This document shows, piece by piece, positions 24,281 to 36,334 of a stretch of DNA of 64,000 bases. A program made the position numbers and the translations under genes. This stretch comes from Paragordius varius (taxonomy: Eukaryota > Animalia > Nematomorpha), in the NCBI GenBank assembly GCA_964247055.1, contig OZ176051.1, forward strand, positions 1,240,001 to 1,304,000, read 5' to 3'. The stretch's first letter is position 1. Each line of letters starts with the position of its first letter. The notes under the pieces were generated by a model. It was not told the DNA's origin and did no database searches. It saw nothing but the letters and a program-made list of their open reading frames with translations.

Positions 24281-25969
24281 TTTGAAGAAATCCAATATTT
24301 AAAGCTTATTAATTCATTTTAGAATAAAATAGGATCATTAAGCAAGGAAAATCATATTAATATTTCATAAGATCTTAGGGTCCCCCAAAACTGTAAATTT
24401 CTTAGATATACAACAAAATTGACAAAATATAACCATGTTTGATAAAATCAGTAGTGTTATATATAAATAAATGTAAAATCTGAAACATTTGAATAATATG
24501 ATAATTTCATTGGGCAACTCTCTATTCGCAAAAACACAAAATACTCATTAATAATTTATACACATTTTCGTTGTTGTTTTAAAAAATTCGGACAACACTT
24601 GAATTTATTTTATATGATACTAATTAATTTTGTCACCATATTCACAAATTATACCTACTAAATTATAATGTTTTATAAATATTAAGACACAACAAACTGT
24701 GATTTGAAAAATCATCAAATTTTTTTGTAAAATACCGAGAAGATATGCTAAAAATACATTATATTTAATAATTAATATTTGATAAATTTTTGAATTAATT
24801 TAAATGAAAACAGTTTCCTTTAATTTTATTAAATTTAATTTTTGTTTGCATATAAACACAATTATATATCATTGTACTAAAATATGTCCGTCTATCTTTT
24901 ACGACTTTTGGTGACAATCATTCTGTGCCACAAAAAGAAGCTAGTATATGTAATAAAATAATAATAAAAAAATCATTACATATATATATATAAATGTTTC
25001 ATATTATGTAATCATAACAATAATGGCAAATATATTTTATAATTTAAATTTTTACCTCGTATCTATTTTCTAAAATACTTTTGTTTCAACAATTAACGAA
25101 AATATACGATTCAAATATAATAATTACCTGTAAGTTATTACGGAATTTCTTTCATGAATGTTTATCCCTGGAAAGATTCGCATCAAATCAATTCAGATAT
25201 TAAAAAAAATTTATCTGGGAACTTCAGAATCCAAAATATAAATCTATCATTATTTCAAAATATGGAAAAAATAAAATCTGTAAAATATTAATGCAGATAT
25301 TATATATAAATATAAATTGATAAAAAAGCCTCCTAATTTTTTTTATTCACGGAATGCGTGAGTCTATTCAGTGTGCTTTGATATCATGCCAAGCCTACCA
25401 TTTTTGCATCCTGAAAATTAAATTATTCTCAATTTTGCTTTAAAAACATACATATATTTAGATAGAATCATCATATCTCTCTCTCAATATATGGGAATAT
25501 CTCAAAATTTATTATTAAATGATATATTTTAATAAAAAAATAAACTATATCACGGAAAATGCGAACCTTAACAAGTAGACACTACAGACGGATCCCTGAA
25601 TCAAAATATACTCCATGATCCATTAAATTAACCAAACAATTCTTAATAATCATAATATATATTAAATTTATCAGTTAATTGCTATTACCTATCGACAAAA
25701 CCCAAACATAAGGTTGGACAGATAAATGATCAGTTAAAAAAATGGAGTTTCCCTTATGAAAAATATATAACTTGCCCGAAAATTTGATATTAAAATTAAA
25801 AAAATTAAGGAAATAAAAAAAATTTTTTTTAAATAACCACTATTATTTAATCAAGAAATCATGTTCATAAGTTGTTTCAGATATAAGGAATTTTTAATAT
25901 AGTTTACGCCTTTCTTAAATACGCATCTGCATGTATAATTAATTTAAAAATATTATTATTATCAAGAGT

Positions 25970-28900
25970 ATGAATCATTACAATGGGAAAGAGGCCCAAT
26001 TTTATACGGAATCATCCCGGATTAGAGAACCTGTTAAAAGTGGTCTGGCATATTCTCCATATCTCAGCAAATTAAATAATTTATGTTCAGTCAATACGAC
26101 AAACTATTTGCCTGCCACGTTTCCCACGGTTTTGAATTCAAAACCCAATTTTTACGAGAGGACAAGCTATATAAATCATATAAGCAGCAATGTTACTTTT
26201 CAAAACACCCAACAAATGACAAATTTACCCCCAAAAGAATGTTATTATCAACAAAATGGTTATCTTAAAACCGATCAAATCAATAATAGCAACACCAATA
26301 ATATCATAATAATAAATAATAACATAAATAATAATTTCAATTATAATCATATCAATACCACTACAAACGTTGTCCGATATCACCCATATAATCAAAGAAA
26401 CAATCCCTGTTCCTCTTTTATTCAGGGCGAAAAAAATCGCAATCATTACTTTCCTTCTTCAGAAGAACTCAATAAAAATAGCAATATCTCCATAGTTAAT
26501 GCCTTAATCAGAAATCCTTCTTCCACTAACTCTGTAGGATCTGGCAGTACGAATCCGAGTAAAAGGCACCGAGAGAGACTAAACACCGAACTTGATAGAC
26601 TTTCTTTAGTGTTGCCGTTTGAAAGTAACATCATTTCCAAACTGGATAAGCTTTCGATTCTTCGATTAACTGTCAGCTATATCCGTATCAAAGCGTATTT
26701 TGATGGTATTATTTTTAATATATTTTCAATATATTTATAAACTAGGACACAAAAAAAGTTTAATGTTGATATTTTTAGCTGTTTCGGAAAGACGAACCAA
26801 CACTTCCCAAAGTAAAAAGGAGCTTTTGCCATCACGAATTTTAGCTTTACTTCCCTGCCTTAAGAATCCAAGAGAAATTTCACAAAAAATTTGTAACTCT
26901 GACCTCTTGAACGAGGTTTTATCTATTGGATTATATTATAATTCTTATCATGGTTATAATAAAATTTTAAATTTTTTCGCAGATTATCAACGGTTTTCTA
27001 TTGATAGTAACGGGCAATGGCGATATTTTTTATGTATCGCAAAGCGTTGAAAATATATTGGGATTTCATCAAGTATTGTAACATACTTATTTTTAATAAA
27101 TTTAAAATATATTATTTATGAATTATTGTTATTGTTTTGTCATCATTGATAGTCTGATATCCTTCACCAATCTGTTTTTGACTTAATTCACTCTGAAGAT
27201 CGAGAAATGTTGACAAGACACCTTGCGGATATCAATAAATTAATGCATGACATAAGAAGTTCAAAAAGTAAATATTGTATTTAAAACTATGGTAGACAGC
27301 GATATATTTATCAAATTTAAACTTTACTATTCTTAATATTGTCAACTAAACTTTTTAGATTCAAAAATTAACCCTAAAATTCACCGTAACACTTGCCTCA
27401 GATTTAGATGTTTGTTGGACAACACATCAGGATTTGTGGTAAAATATTCTTTGTAAAAAAAATTTTATTATAAAAAATGCAGAATATTGGTTCTAAAGCA
27501 GGGGTAATTAATAGAATGGCTTTGCGGGCCGAATTTTTGATTCAAAAAATCGACGGCAGTATTTTAAAACATATTTGGCCATTAATAAAAATTTAATTAG
27601 ATTTCTATCATAGGACTGTACAACAAATTGTAAATTACTGATATTTGCTACTTTGTTGCTATTGGAAAGAATTCAGAAAATCTGTTTAAGAAATATTAAT
27701 TAATTATACAAAGATATTTGAGCAAGTTTTTAAACATTATGGATTTTGGTATTTTTTTGGTTCAAATTTTATGCGGGTTGCACATAATATCTAGAAGCTG
27801 CATGTTGGGCACCCCTTCGTTAAGGTATTTTACCGGAAACTCACCTTACTTTAACTGAACCCTATAGAGCCTTTATTAAGTTAGACTTTTGGTTTAGCTT
27901 TACATATTAGCGATGAGACATGCAATTTTTAACAATTCATACACTATTATTGAAATAACTCAAACTTATATTTTACCCCAAGGGCAAAACTATACCATTT
28001 GACCATTAAATATTGGATTTATAACTAATTTTCCAGATAGCCCATCAGATCGATTGGAATAAATTGAATAATTTATTATTATCTTCCTTTGCCAAGCTTT
28101 TAAGGATTTTTTTAAAAGTATTGAAAATGCGGAAAATCTATTGAGCCTAGGTCAAGAATGGGCTCTAGTATTTAAGTGAATAAGCCCTTTTAGACAATGG
28201 TTTTTTAAATTTCAAGCTCTAAATTTTAGATCCAATAGAGGCAGAAAAATTAAATTTAAATGCGGACATGTCCTAATTTTAATATTGATACCAATAATAT
28301 CATATATTGCAACAAAGAAACCGATTACATGCATGGCTAAGCATAATATTGAAATGCTGTTATGTCTTGAAATTCAAAATTAACTTTTACCTTTATTTAA
28401 AGTTATATTTGGTGATTTTACCCGAACATTTGCAGATTCTTAACTTTATAACCTAAATTTTTCACGCGCGTTCATCGAGAAATGTATATTGTAATTTTTA
28501 CCTAATATAGAAACTTAACGTGAAGGGCCGATTCAGACCTTTGCATGGAATACAGCACTTTATCCATGGAATTCATCATAGTTTAGATGGGGAAGATATT
28601 CCAACCATAAATTTTAGGAACTTAAGGAAAATTAAAAATCATGTAGCATTGGATAAACATAATCATCAGAATTCGACGAGCCACAATCAAAATGGTTTTA
28701 GCGCTTCGGGCAAAAAAATGCCCCAAATACCAGAAAATTGGGGATATTTTGTATTGTGTTGCCCTGACTCTACAAATTCTTGGGAAATGGCGGCATCTCT
28801 ACCCTTCAACCCAAACACGGCCCTTAATTGCAAAGATGTCAATTTTAAAACAAAACATAATATGGATCTAAAGCTTATATCCATAGAACAACGGTAAGCA

Positions 28901-31900
28901 TTTGTTAAATTGTATTCGATCATTTAGCTTAGAGTCAGAAATGCGGTTTAACCAGTTTTAGAAATCAATATTTTTTAATAAAAATGTTAACCGTATTTTT
29001 GATATATAAATAAATTTAAGCCTTTCCCATTTTCAAAAAGTGTATATGAAACCGGAATCAAAGATAAAATTGAACCCAGTTCCAGCTCCCAGTTATAAGG
29101 TATATTTTTTATTTTAGAGGCAAAAATCTATTGAACATCAATGATCTGCCAAATAATGGTCTGAGTTTTTACTCGCTAATATATCCGGAAGACGTGGATT
29201 ATCTAAGTTTCGCTCATCATGAATGTAATTTGAATTTTTGCACGCATAAAATTTTTTATAAGGGTATTTCAACTTCAAAATTGAAATACACCTGTATATT
29301 TATTTACCTTGCCAAAATTAATTTTATGCCTAAATAATTTCATCAATATCATAAAATATATAAATAAGAGATAATATTCACATATATCCTTTTTATTTGT
29401 TCCAGTAATGAAATCAGGCACTGCAAGCTTAAACGCATATCGAATGACCCCTAATACGGAATCCCATCATTGGATTCAAACTAGCTTTCGAACAATCTAC
29501 AAAAACGATAAACCGGATCATATTCTCTGTTCTCACAAACCGCTTTTGTATGTTGCACATTTTTTTAATTTTATAACATTGACTTTATCTAAACTTTGGC
29601 TTAATACACAAAGTTTAAATTTAAAAACTAAAAATATAAAAATATTATATTATTCAGTTGGATCAAAATTATCATTTTTGTGAAGTTATAAAAAAATTTT
29701 TTAAGAATAGTTTTATAATTAGCCAATGATTAATCTAAATATTTGGGACACATCCTTAAAAAACACTGTATAGGGTAAAGTTATTGTTACTGGTTTGAAA
29801 CGAAAAAATCCCTAATTAAATCCATACATTATTACGAAACATAAGGAAAAAATCTGTTAATTCGATTTTTAATTAATTCAATCAAAATGAATACATATTT
29901 AAAGTCCAATAAATTGTTATATTAATGTCCCATACTTCCTCCATAACCTTAAGCGAAAACTTTTCTAATTATGGATGAAAAATAATTTAAAAAGTATTTG
30001 TTTTATTCGACCAGATCTTTGAATATTCTAATTTTGATAATGTCTTGTTAATCGCTAATATTCCCTTAAGCAAACTACCTAACTTAACTGCAGATGCTAA
30101 TTATTTTTAAACTTTTTTCTACCTATCAGATATTTGTTATCTACATATGTTTCTGTCATTGAAAAAAAAGATACTATTGATACTAAGTAGATGTCAGAAT
30201 CCTTGAAATGTTTTGATCACAATAAATAATGTTGAGCCACATGTCCTATATATAGCTTCCAATGTTATAAACATTGGAAGCCACCACAACATGACTAATC
30301 GTGAAGAATTAACAGTTTTTGCTCCATTAACATTTCATTACCAGGCAGTTTTATATCCCACGATTTGAAATTTGAATATCTTAAAAGGTGTCTAAGGTAT
30401 TTAGTCGAATGGAAATAATGCTTAAATAATCTTAAGGCGCATAATACAATTTTTTTTTTGAAAAAATGTTGTAAAAAATCTTCATCTTGAATTTTACCGC
30501 CATTTTTTTCATAAATTAATTTATATCGCCAAGGCAACTGAATAATTGTATATGGTTAGAAAATGTAAATAATTAACTTTAAAAAACTTTCAGGCTATAT
30601 TTTACCAGCAAAAATTATTTTGATTTTAATATCAGCTGTTTGTTTCAATCTGGCTTTGAAGCTGTCCCAATTTTAAACTCTAGAAGTCACAAAATTGTTA
30701 AAAATATAAGCTTTTTTAGCTAATACATGAGAAAAATGTTTGATAATTAAATTTTAACAAAATAATTTTTAAAACTTTACATACAAAATTAAGCATTGGG
30801 ATATAAAACTTTCCTAAATGTAGAATAGGACAAAAAAGTGATAAGCTAATGAAGTATTAATCATATCAACTTAGATAGTTCTTATTTGAATTTTAAGATC
30901 CTTTTAAATTTAAATTTATTATTAAAATCTACTCCTTTCAAAGTGATTAAATAATTGGAGAGGCCAACGGTGCCTTTATTAATAACAGTATATTATGAGA
31001 CATTGTGCAAGAACAGTAGGACAGGCCTCATACCGGTCAAAAATTGAAGCGGGCTTTGTTAGTTTAAGCGGTAGATGTCGATTAAGCTTAACTTGTGTAT
31101 TGGATTATTATCGTTTAAAAATAGTTTTATATTATAATTGTATAGACGTCACAAAAATTTGATTTAAATATTCATTTTGCCGAAAGAGGATGCCATCATT
31201 TTAAACATTAAACCTTATATTTTCTATGAGCATGAAAAAAATAAGTTACTTTGCCGTTTTTCAACGCCTTTTAGTTAATGATTTCATTGAAATATTTAAC
31301 ATAATCAGGTTTATTAAAGGGGGTGTGAGGAAACATTTTTGGTATAGAAAGACTAATTTGAATGTTTGGCGGTGTTACAGCACTTCTGTTTGAAACATTT
31401 AATATATATATTAATTATGGCCGTAAGAATTAGGATTATGGAACATAACATGCATGTATCAAAATTCTAGTATCTAGTGTTATTAACATAATATTATCTC
31501 CAGATCTAGTTTTAGGGATTGAATGAATAACTATAATAGTATGTCAGCAGACCATGTATGCTCAACCTTTTATGCAGTTATTTACCTTCAATATTGATTT
31601 TTCCATTAAACTAACCTAAAATTCCGAATGATCAAACATAATATATTAATATTAGGAATTAATAGGGTGTATTTATGCATTGAGAATGCATTCCTTATGA
31701 ATATTAGAATAAAATCCCAAAATGTATAATAGAATAAATATGTTGAGTATTTATTAATACTTTATTATCTTTTAGATAATTTTATATCCCAGAGCGATTT
31801 TTGGATATATTAACAAGTAATTATTATATTATAAATTTAAAAATGTGCTTTCATATTAGGCGCATAATATAAATTTTTTCCCCAAATAAATTGTAAAAAA

Positions 31901-33123
31901 TCTCATCTCAAACTTTTTACCCGCTATGTTTTTCCAAATTTTATATCGCTAATACAATAAGCAAATATATATATTATGGTTAGAAAATGTAATTAATAAC
32001 CTTTAGTAAGTTTTCAGGTTCCATAATCCAGAAAAAACTTAATCTTAAATAAAAAATTATCTGTTTAATTTTCAATCGTGTTTTGCTGTCCAAATTTTGA
32101 CTCTAGAAGTTACAAAGACGTAAAAATAAACTATTTGTATAATGCAGGAGTGTTTAAATAAATTTTTATTAAAATAATTCGAAAGAGTATTTAATTTGAT
32201 TTAGTTCTTAAATATAAAACTAGTCCAATATGTCATCGTGGACAGGAAAGTGAAAAGGTTATGAACTAAACAATATTTAATATTTGTTTTTTATTATAGG
32301 GAAGAAGAAGGAAGAGATTTATATGGAAAGCGGAAAAAGGAGTTTCATATTCCGTTATTCGATTACAACGAATGCATAAAAATTCCAGATTGTAAGAGAG
32401 TTCATGAAAAAAATGTCAACCCCCCTAAATCAAAAAAACTATGTGTGCATCAAAATAAGCCTACAAAACATATTGCAATGGAGTCCTTCGACAATATTAA
32501 AGCTTTTACATCAAACAATTCTAATGAAGAAAAATGGGATACACTAAAAAAAGGAAGAGGTCGGCCCCCTGGCGCTAGAAAAACTAAAAATATTTTATCT
32601 GTGGCCTAATTATATTAAATAAAAAAGTCATATTTATGTATGAATGAAGCGAGCCCAATCGATAAGGTTGCTTTTTTAAAATTTATTTTAGTTTAATTCG
32701 TCTCAATCACCCATTGTTATATGGAAAAATCCCGGTTCTTTAACTCCAAAACCTAGTAAATATGAAGATTTGTCATTTACTCAAGAATATATACCCAACG
32801 AACAAAAACCCAAAAATCGAAAAAGGCGCAAACGGATCGATTTTAATGAAATTTTATCTGGCTATAAAATGAGTCCAAACTTAAAAAAAGAAGATAATGT
32901 TGATAAAAATATAAACGAAGATTGGTTGGATGATCCTGACCTTTTATTTTCTTTAAGTCAAATATCTGATTCCCTATTCGATCCAACAACTAATAAATTT
33001 CGCACTCCTCCACGAAAAGTCAAACAAATAAAAAGCAATATCCCCAACAAAAAAAATAAGAATGATATAGAATTTATTCCAAGTGATATTTTGGAAGCTT
33101 TAACACAAGATGATACATTTTAA
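25970..33123 (+). CDS. AHR: Aryl hydrocarbon receptor / spineless-type bHLH-PAS factor
   Basis: b[41 protein letters not shown]; [45 protein letters not shown]; [13 protein letters not shown]; [34 protein letters not shown]; [12 protein letters not shown] from 32300. The last exon 32692-33123 is joined by a predicted intron 32601-32691; unspliced, the CDS stops at 32609. Confidence 0.93.
30340..32270. repeat. Two direct copies of repeat family A inside an AhR intron (about 30340-30860 and 31780-32270)
   Basis: Shared TTTTATATCCCA, AGGCGCATAATA, TTGTAAAAAATC, TTTATATCGC, ATGGTTAGAAAATGTAA and CTCTAGAAGT blocks in the same order. Confidence 0.75.
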
Positions 33124-33138
33124 TAAATATAAATAAAA

Positions 33139-33595
33139 TTATATTTTTTCTGCTATAACTTCGATTTCTATTAACGCATTGTTTGGCAATGCTACTACTT
33201 GTACGGATGACCGAGCTGGATATTTTCCATTAGGAAAATATGATTCATACACTTTGTTTACTATAGGCATGTCAGATATATTGGTAACGAAAATAGTCGT
33301 TTTTGTTACTACAAATTAGCATTTCAAAATACTTTTTTCCATATCAGAAGCTCCATTATGCGTTAAAACTGCTTTTATATTTTCTAAAATCTGCACCGTT
33401 AAATAAAACAAACTCTTTTAGTTTGTGCTTCGATTCCGCCTTCAACCATCTTCGATGTTTTAGGATCAATTGCTATTTGTCCTGACAAAAACAGTAAATT
33501 TCCTGATTCCACTCGCACCCTATAATTGTTTTACTAATTTACCGATAAGGACCGATAGGCGTTGGGGCATTTTCAATTTTTTCATTTGGATGCAT
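33139..33595 (-). CDS. RIDA: RidA / YjgF-YER057c-UK114 enamine-imine deaminase, 4 exons (missed by the ORF track)
   Basis: Spliced: MHPNEKIENAPTPIGPYR/VRVESGNLLFLSGQIAIDPKTSKMVEGGIEAQTKR/ILENIKAVLTHNGASDMEK/ITKTTIFV..VNKVYESYF..YPARSSVQVVALPNNALIEIEVIA. Introns 33542-33520 (23 nt), 33413-33391 (23 nt), 33332-33309 (24 nt). The N-terminus may extend upstream. Confidence 0.92.
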
Positions 33596-34199
33596 GGTTG
33601 AATCTAACCACGTTGTATTAGGCTGATTTTGAGAAGATATTACAACTGGATAAATTGAAAGAATTATAAATATAAAAGTTACAAACATTTGGCGCTAAGT
33701 ATCCGTTATTTAAATTATCCACAAAAAATTCTTAGATATAATTTGTTGTATACACTTTTTGAATAGTCGCAAAAAATATTTATATTTAACAGTGCACAAA
33801 AATCGGAGATTATAAAAAATATCCTAATGAATATATATTCTATATAAATGATTTAAAATTCTTATATTAGTTTTGGTTTTAAGCCTTACGATTCTTATTA
33901 GTAGGCTAATACCATTTTTAAAGTACCTGCTCCCGCACATTTTACCAAATCAAATTTTTTAAAAGTTATATGCCTGTTTTAAATTATATTATTAATATAT
34001 TTATATATATGAATATATATATACAAAAATATAAGATTTATTTTTAGATGTGGAATTCAAAAGTCCCAAAAATATGCCACCACTAAAAAAGACTAGTTCT
34101 CTTAAATTAACACTCACAACACATTCATTTCAGTCCTTCAATTCAAATTTGGGTAATTGGAGATCTTAGGCCTGTATAATAAATACTTTAAAAAATATT

Positions 34200-35230
34200 G
34201 AAGGAATAGGAACCATAGCAAAATTTTGCGCTACATTAATGAACCGAAATATATAAATTTTATTCAAAAATACTTGATATTACTTATTTTGATATGATAC
34301 CAAAGGAAAAATCTAATCAGCGCAACATGTGTGCATTGATTAAATGAAAAAATAATGCAAATACATCCACTACATCTATTTTTTTCAATGTTATATGTAA
34401 TTTAACACTTCGATTCAAATTAGGGTATCTAAATACCCCAGACTAAATTTAAGTTATGATTTTTTAAAAACTACTGAAGGAAACAGTTCCAATTTAAATT
34501 TATGCTTCTATCCTAATAAAAAATATATAAATATGCCAAAATATCTAAATAAAAATTTTGTTTTGAAAAAAACTCCGCGTCAAACTACTTCGACGCCATT
34601 TTTATTTTATAAAAGTTTTGCAAAATATCGTCTATATTTAATTTTAAGGATAGAATTAAAGCTAATTTTTTATTTAAATTACATCTAACATTGATAGATA
34701 TAGAAAAAGCGGGTTATTTTGTATTATTTTTCAATCTTACCATTGCACACATGTTCGGTTTTAATATCAAGTATTTTTGAATAATTTTTTTTATATATTT
34801 CGGTTTATTAATGTTATATAAGTGCAAAATTTTGCCATGTTTTGATCCCTTACATATTTTTTAAAGAATTTAATTCTTAACACGCCTGGGGTATTTAACT
34901 ACCCCAATTTGCAAATGACTAAAATGAATGTGTTGTATCCAAGTGTTAAATAAAAAATCAGCTTTAATTTTACCTTGAAAATTAAATGAACCCGATATTT
35001 TGCAAAAATTGTGTGAAATAAAAATGGGGTCGAAGTAGTCTGACATGGATCTTTTTTTAAAAAATTAAACTTTATTTAGATATTTTGACTTATTTATATA
35101 ATTTATATCAGGATAGAAGCATAAATTTAAATCGAGACACCGTTTCCTTCAGTAGTTTTTTATAAATTTTGATTGAAATTTTGTCTGGGATATTTAGATA
35201 TCCCAATTAGAATTGTGGTGATAAACACAA
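34200..35230. repeat. Cluster of inverted MITE-like repeats (family B)
   Basis: About 34200-34400 is inverted at about 34690-34860, and about 34420-34610 is inverted at about 35020-35200. Recurrent palindrome GGGTATCTAAATACCCC; TTAACAC motifs near several ends. Confidence 0.6.
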
Positions 35231-36004
35231 AATTGGCGAGATTCTGCGTTATATTTTAAAATATATGCTAGATGGCATTGAAAAATCATATTTTTGAAAT
35301 GACACTTTCTTCAAAAATTTATTATTTAGCAAAATTTTTTGAAGCCTGCTTCACCCTATTTTGAGTCATAATGGAAACGGTATAGAATAGTACACTTGGA
35401 TACAAATATCCATTTCAGCCCTTCGGTTTCTAAGCCTGTAAAAAATCATATTTTTCAGAAAATATGTAATAAATTGAATGAGAATGCATCTAGTCAACAA
35501 TTTTAGGTTTTCCTATTAAAAAGGTAATAGCCGAGCGCCTTCTTTAAATTAGTGGCTAAAAGCTTTACCATAAAAAGATAACGTGGCTTTGAAGCAAATT
35601 TTCCGAAATTAAAAAGACCATAAAGATTGTATAAGGATATTTTTGCTTCTTACATATATAAAATTCGGTACCTTTTTAAAAAGCTGTTGGGTATGGCTAA
35701 GGTGACCAGACGTCCCGCTTTTGGCGGGACAGTCCCGCTTTTTCACACTTTGTCCCGCCTCCCGCTACGTTTTTAAAATGTCCCGCTTTTTCACGATTAT
35801 ATATAAAAAAAATTTTTTTTTATCCAAATAAATTTTTTTATCCGTTTAAATTTTTTATCATTAAATATCTTTAAAATCTATATAAATTTTAATTTTAAAT
35901 TTTTTATTTTTAAATTAAAAATAATTATTTTTTTCGAAACTTATATCATATGATTATACACTTTCCTTCTTACTACTACTGTCATTATTATCAAAAAGCC
36001 AAGT

Positions 36005-36320
36005 TTATACCACAAATCTCTAGATTAAAAGAATAATTGATACCACAAATCGGTACCTTACACGTTTATTCCAGAAAATTAAGGTAATATAATATTTATT
36101 ATACTAATATTTTAGTTTTATTACAAGCCAACATTATTAAAAAGCCAAATTAATACCACAAATCGGTAGCTTAAAAGACAAAATGATACCACAAATCGGT
36201 AGCTTAAAAGACAAATTGATACCACAAATCGGTAGCTTAAAAGACAAATTGATACCACAAATCGGTACCTTACACGTTTATTTCAGAAAATTAAGGTAAT
36301 ATAATATTTATTATACAAAT
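36005..36320 (+). repeat. 33-bp minisatellite upstream of the hAT transposase
   Basis: Unit ATACCACAAATCGGTAGCTTAAAAGACAAA(A/T)TG at 36153, 36186 and 36219, partial at 36252; six ATACCACAAATC cores in total; an approximately 65-bp block is duplicated at about 36040 and 36252. Confidence 0.9.
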
Positions 36321-36334
36321 AGTAGTTTATAAAT

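Noticed and set aside
27795-27824. 30-nt AG/GT-flanked in-frame micro-exon ([10 protein letters not shown]) in an AhR intron
   Set aside because: Not needed for homology, since SGFV joins KLNVKG directly; no independent support.
34048-34152. Plus-strand exon-like frame (VEFKSPKNMPPLKK...) with acceptor and donor
   Set aside because: No compatible neighbouring exons and no recognisable homology.
34142-34158. Minus-strand AATTACCCAAATTTGAA resembling the nematode SL1 leader core
   Set aside because: No GT donor follows the putative leader and no convincing SL RNA fold is visible; probably chance in AT-rich DNA.
36153-36270. 33-bp repeats as a CRISPR-like array
   Set aside because: Units are head-to-tail with no unique spacers, inside a eukaryotic hAT element.
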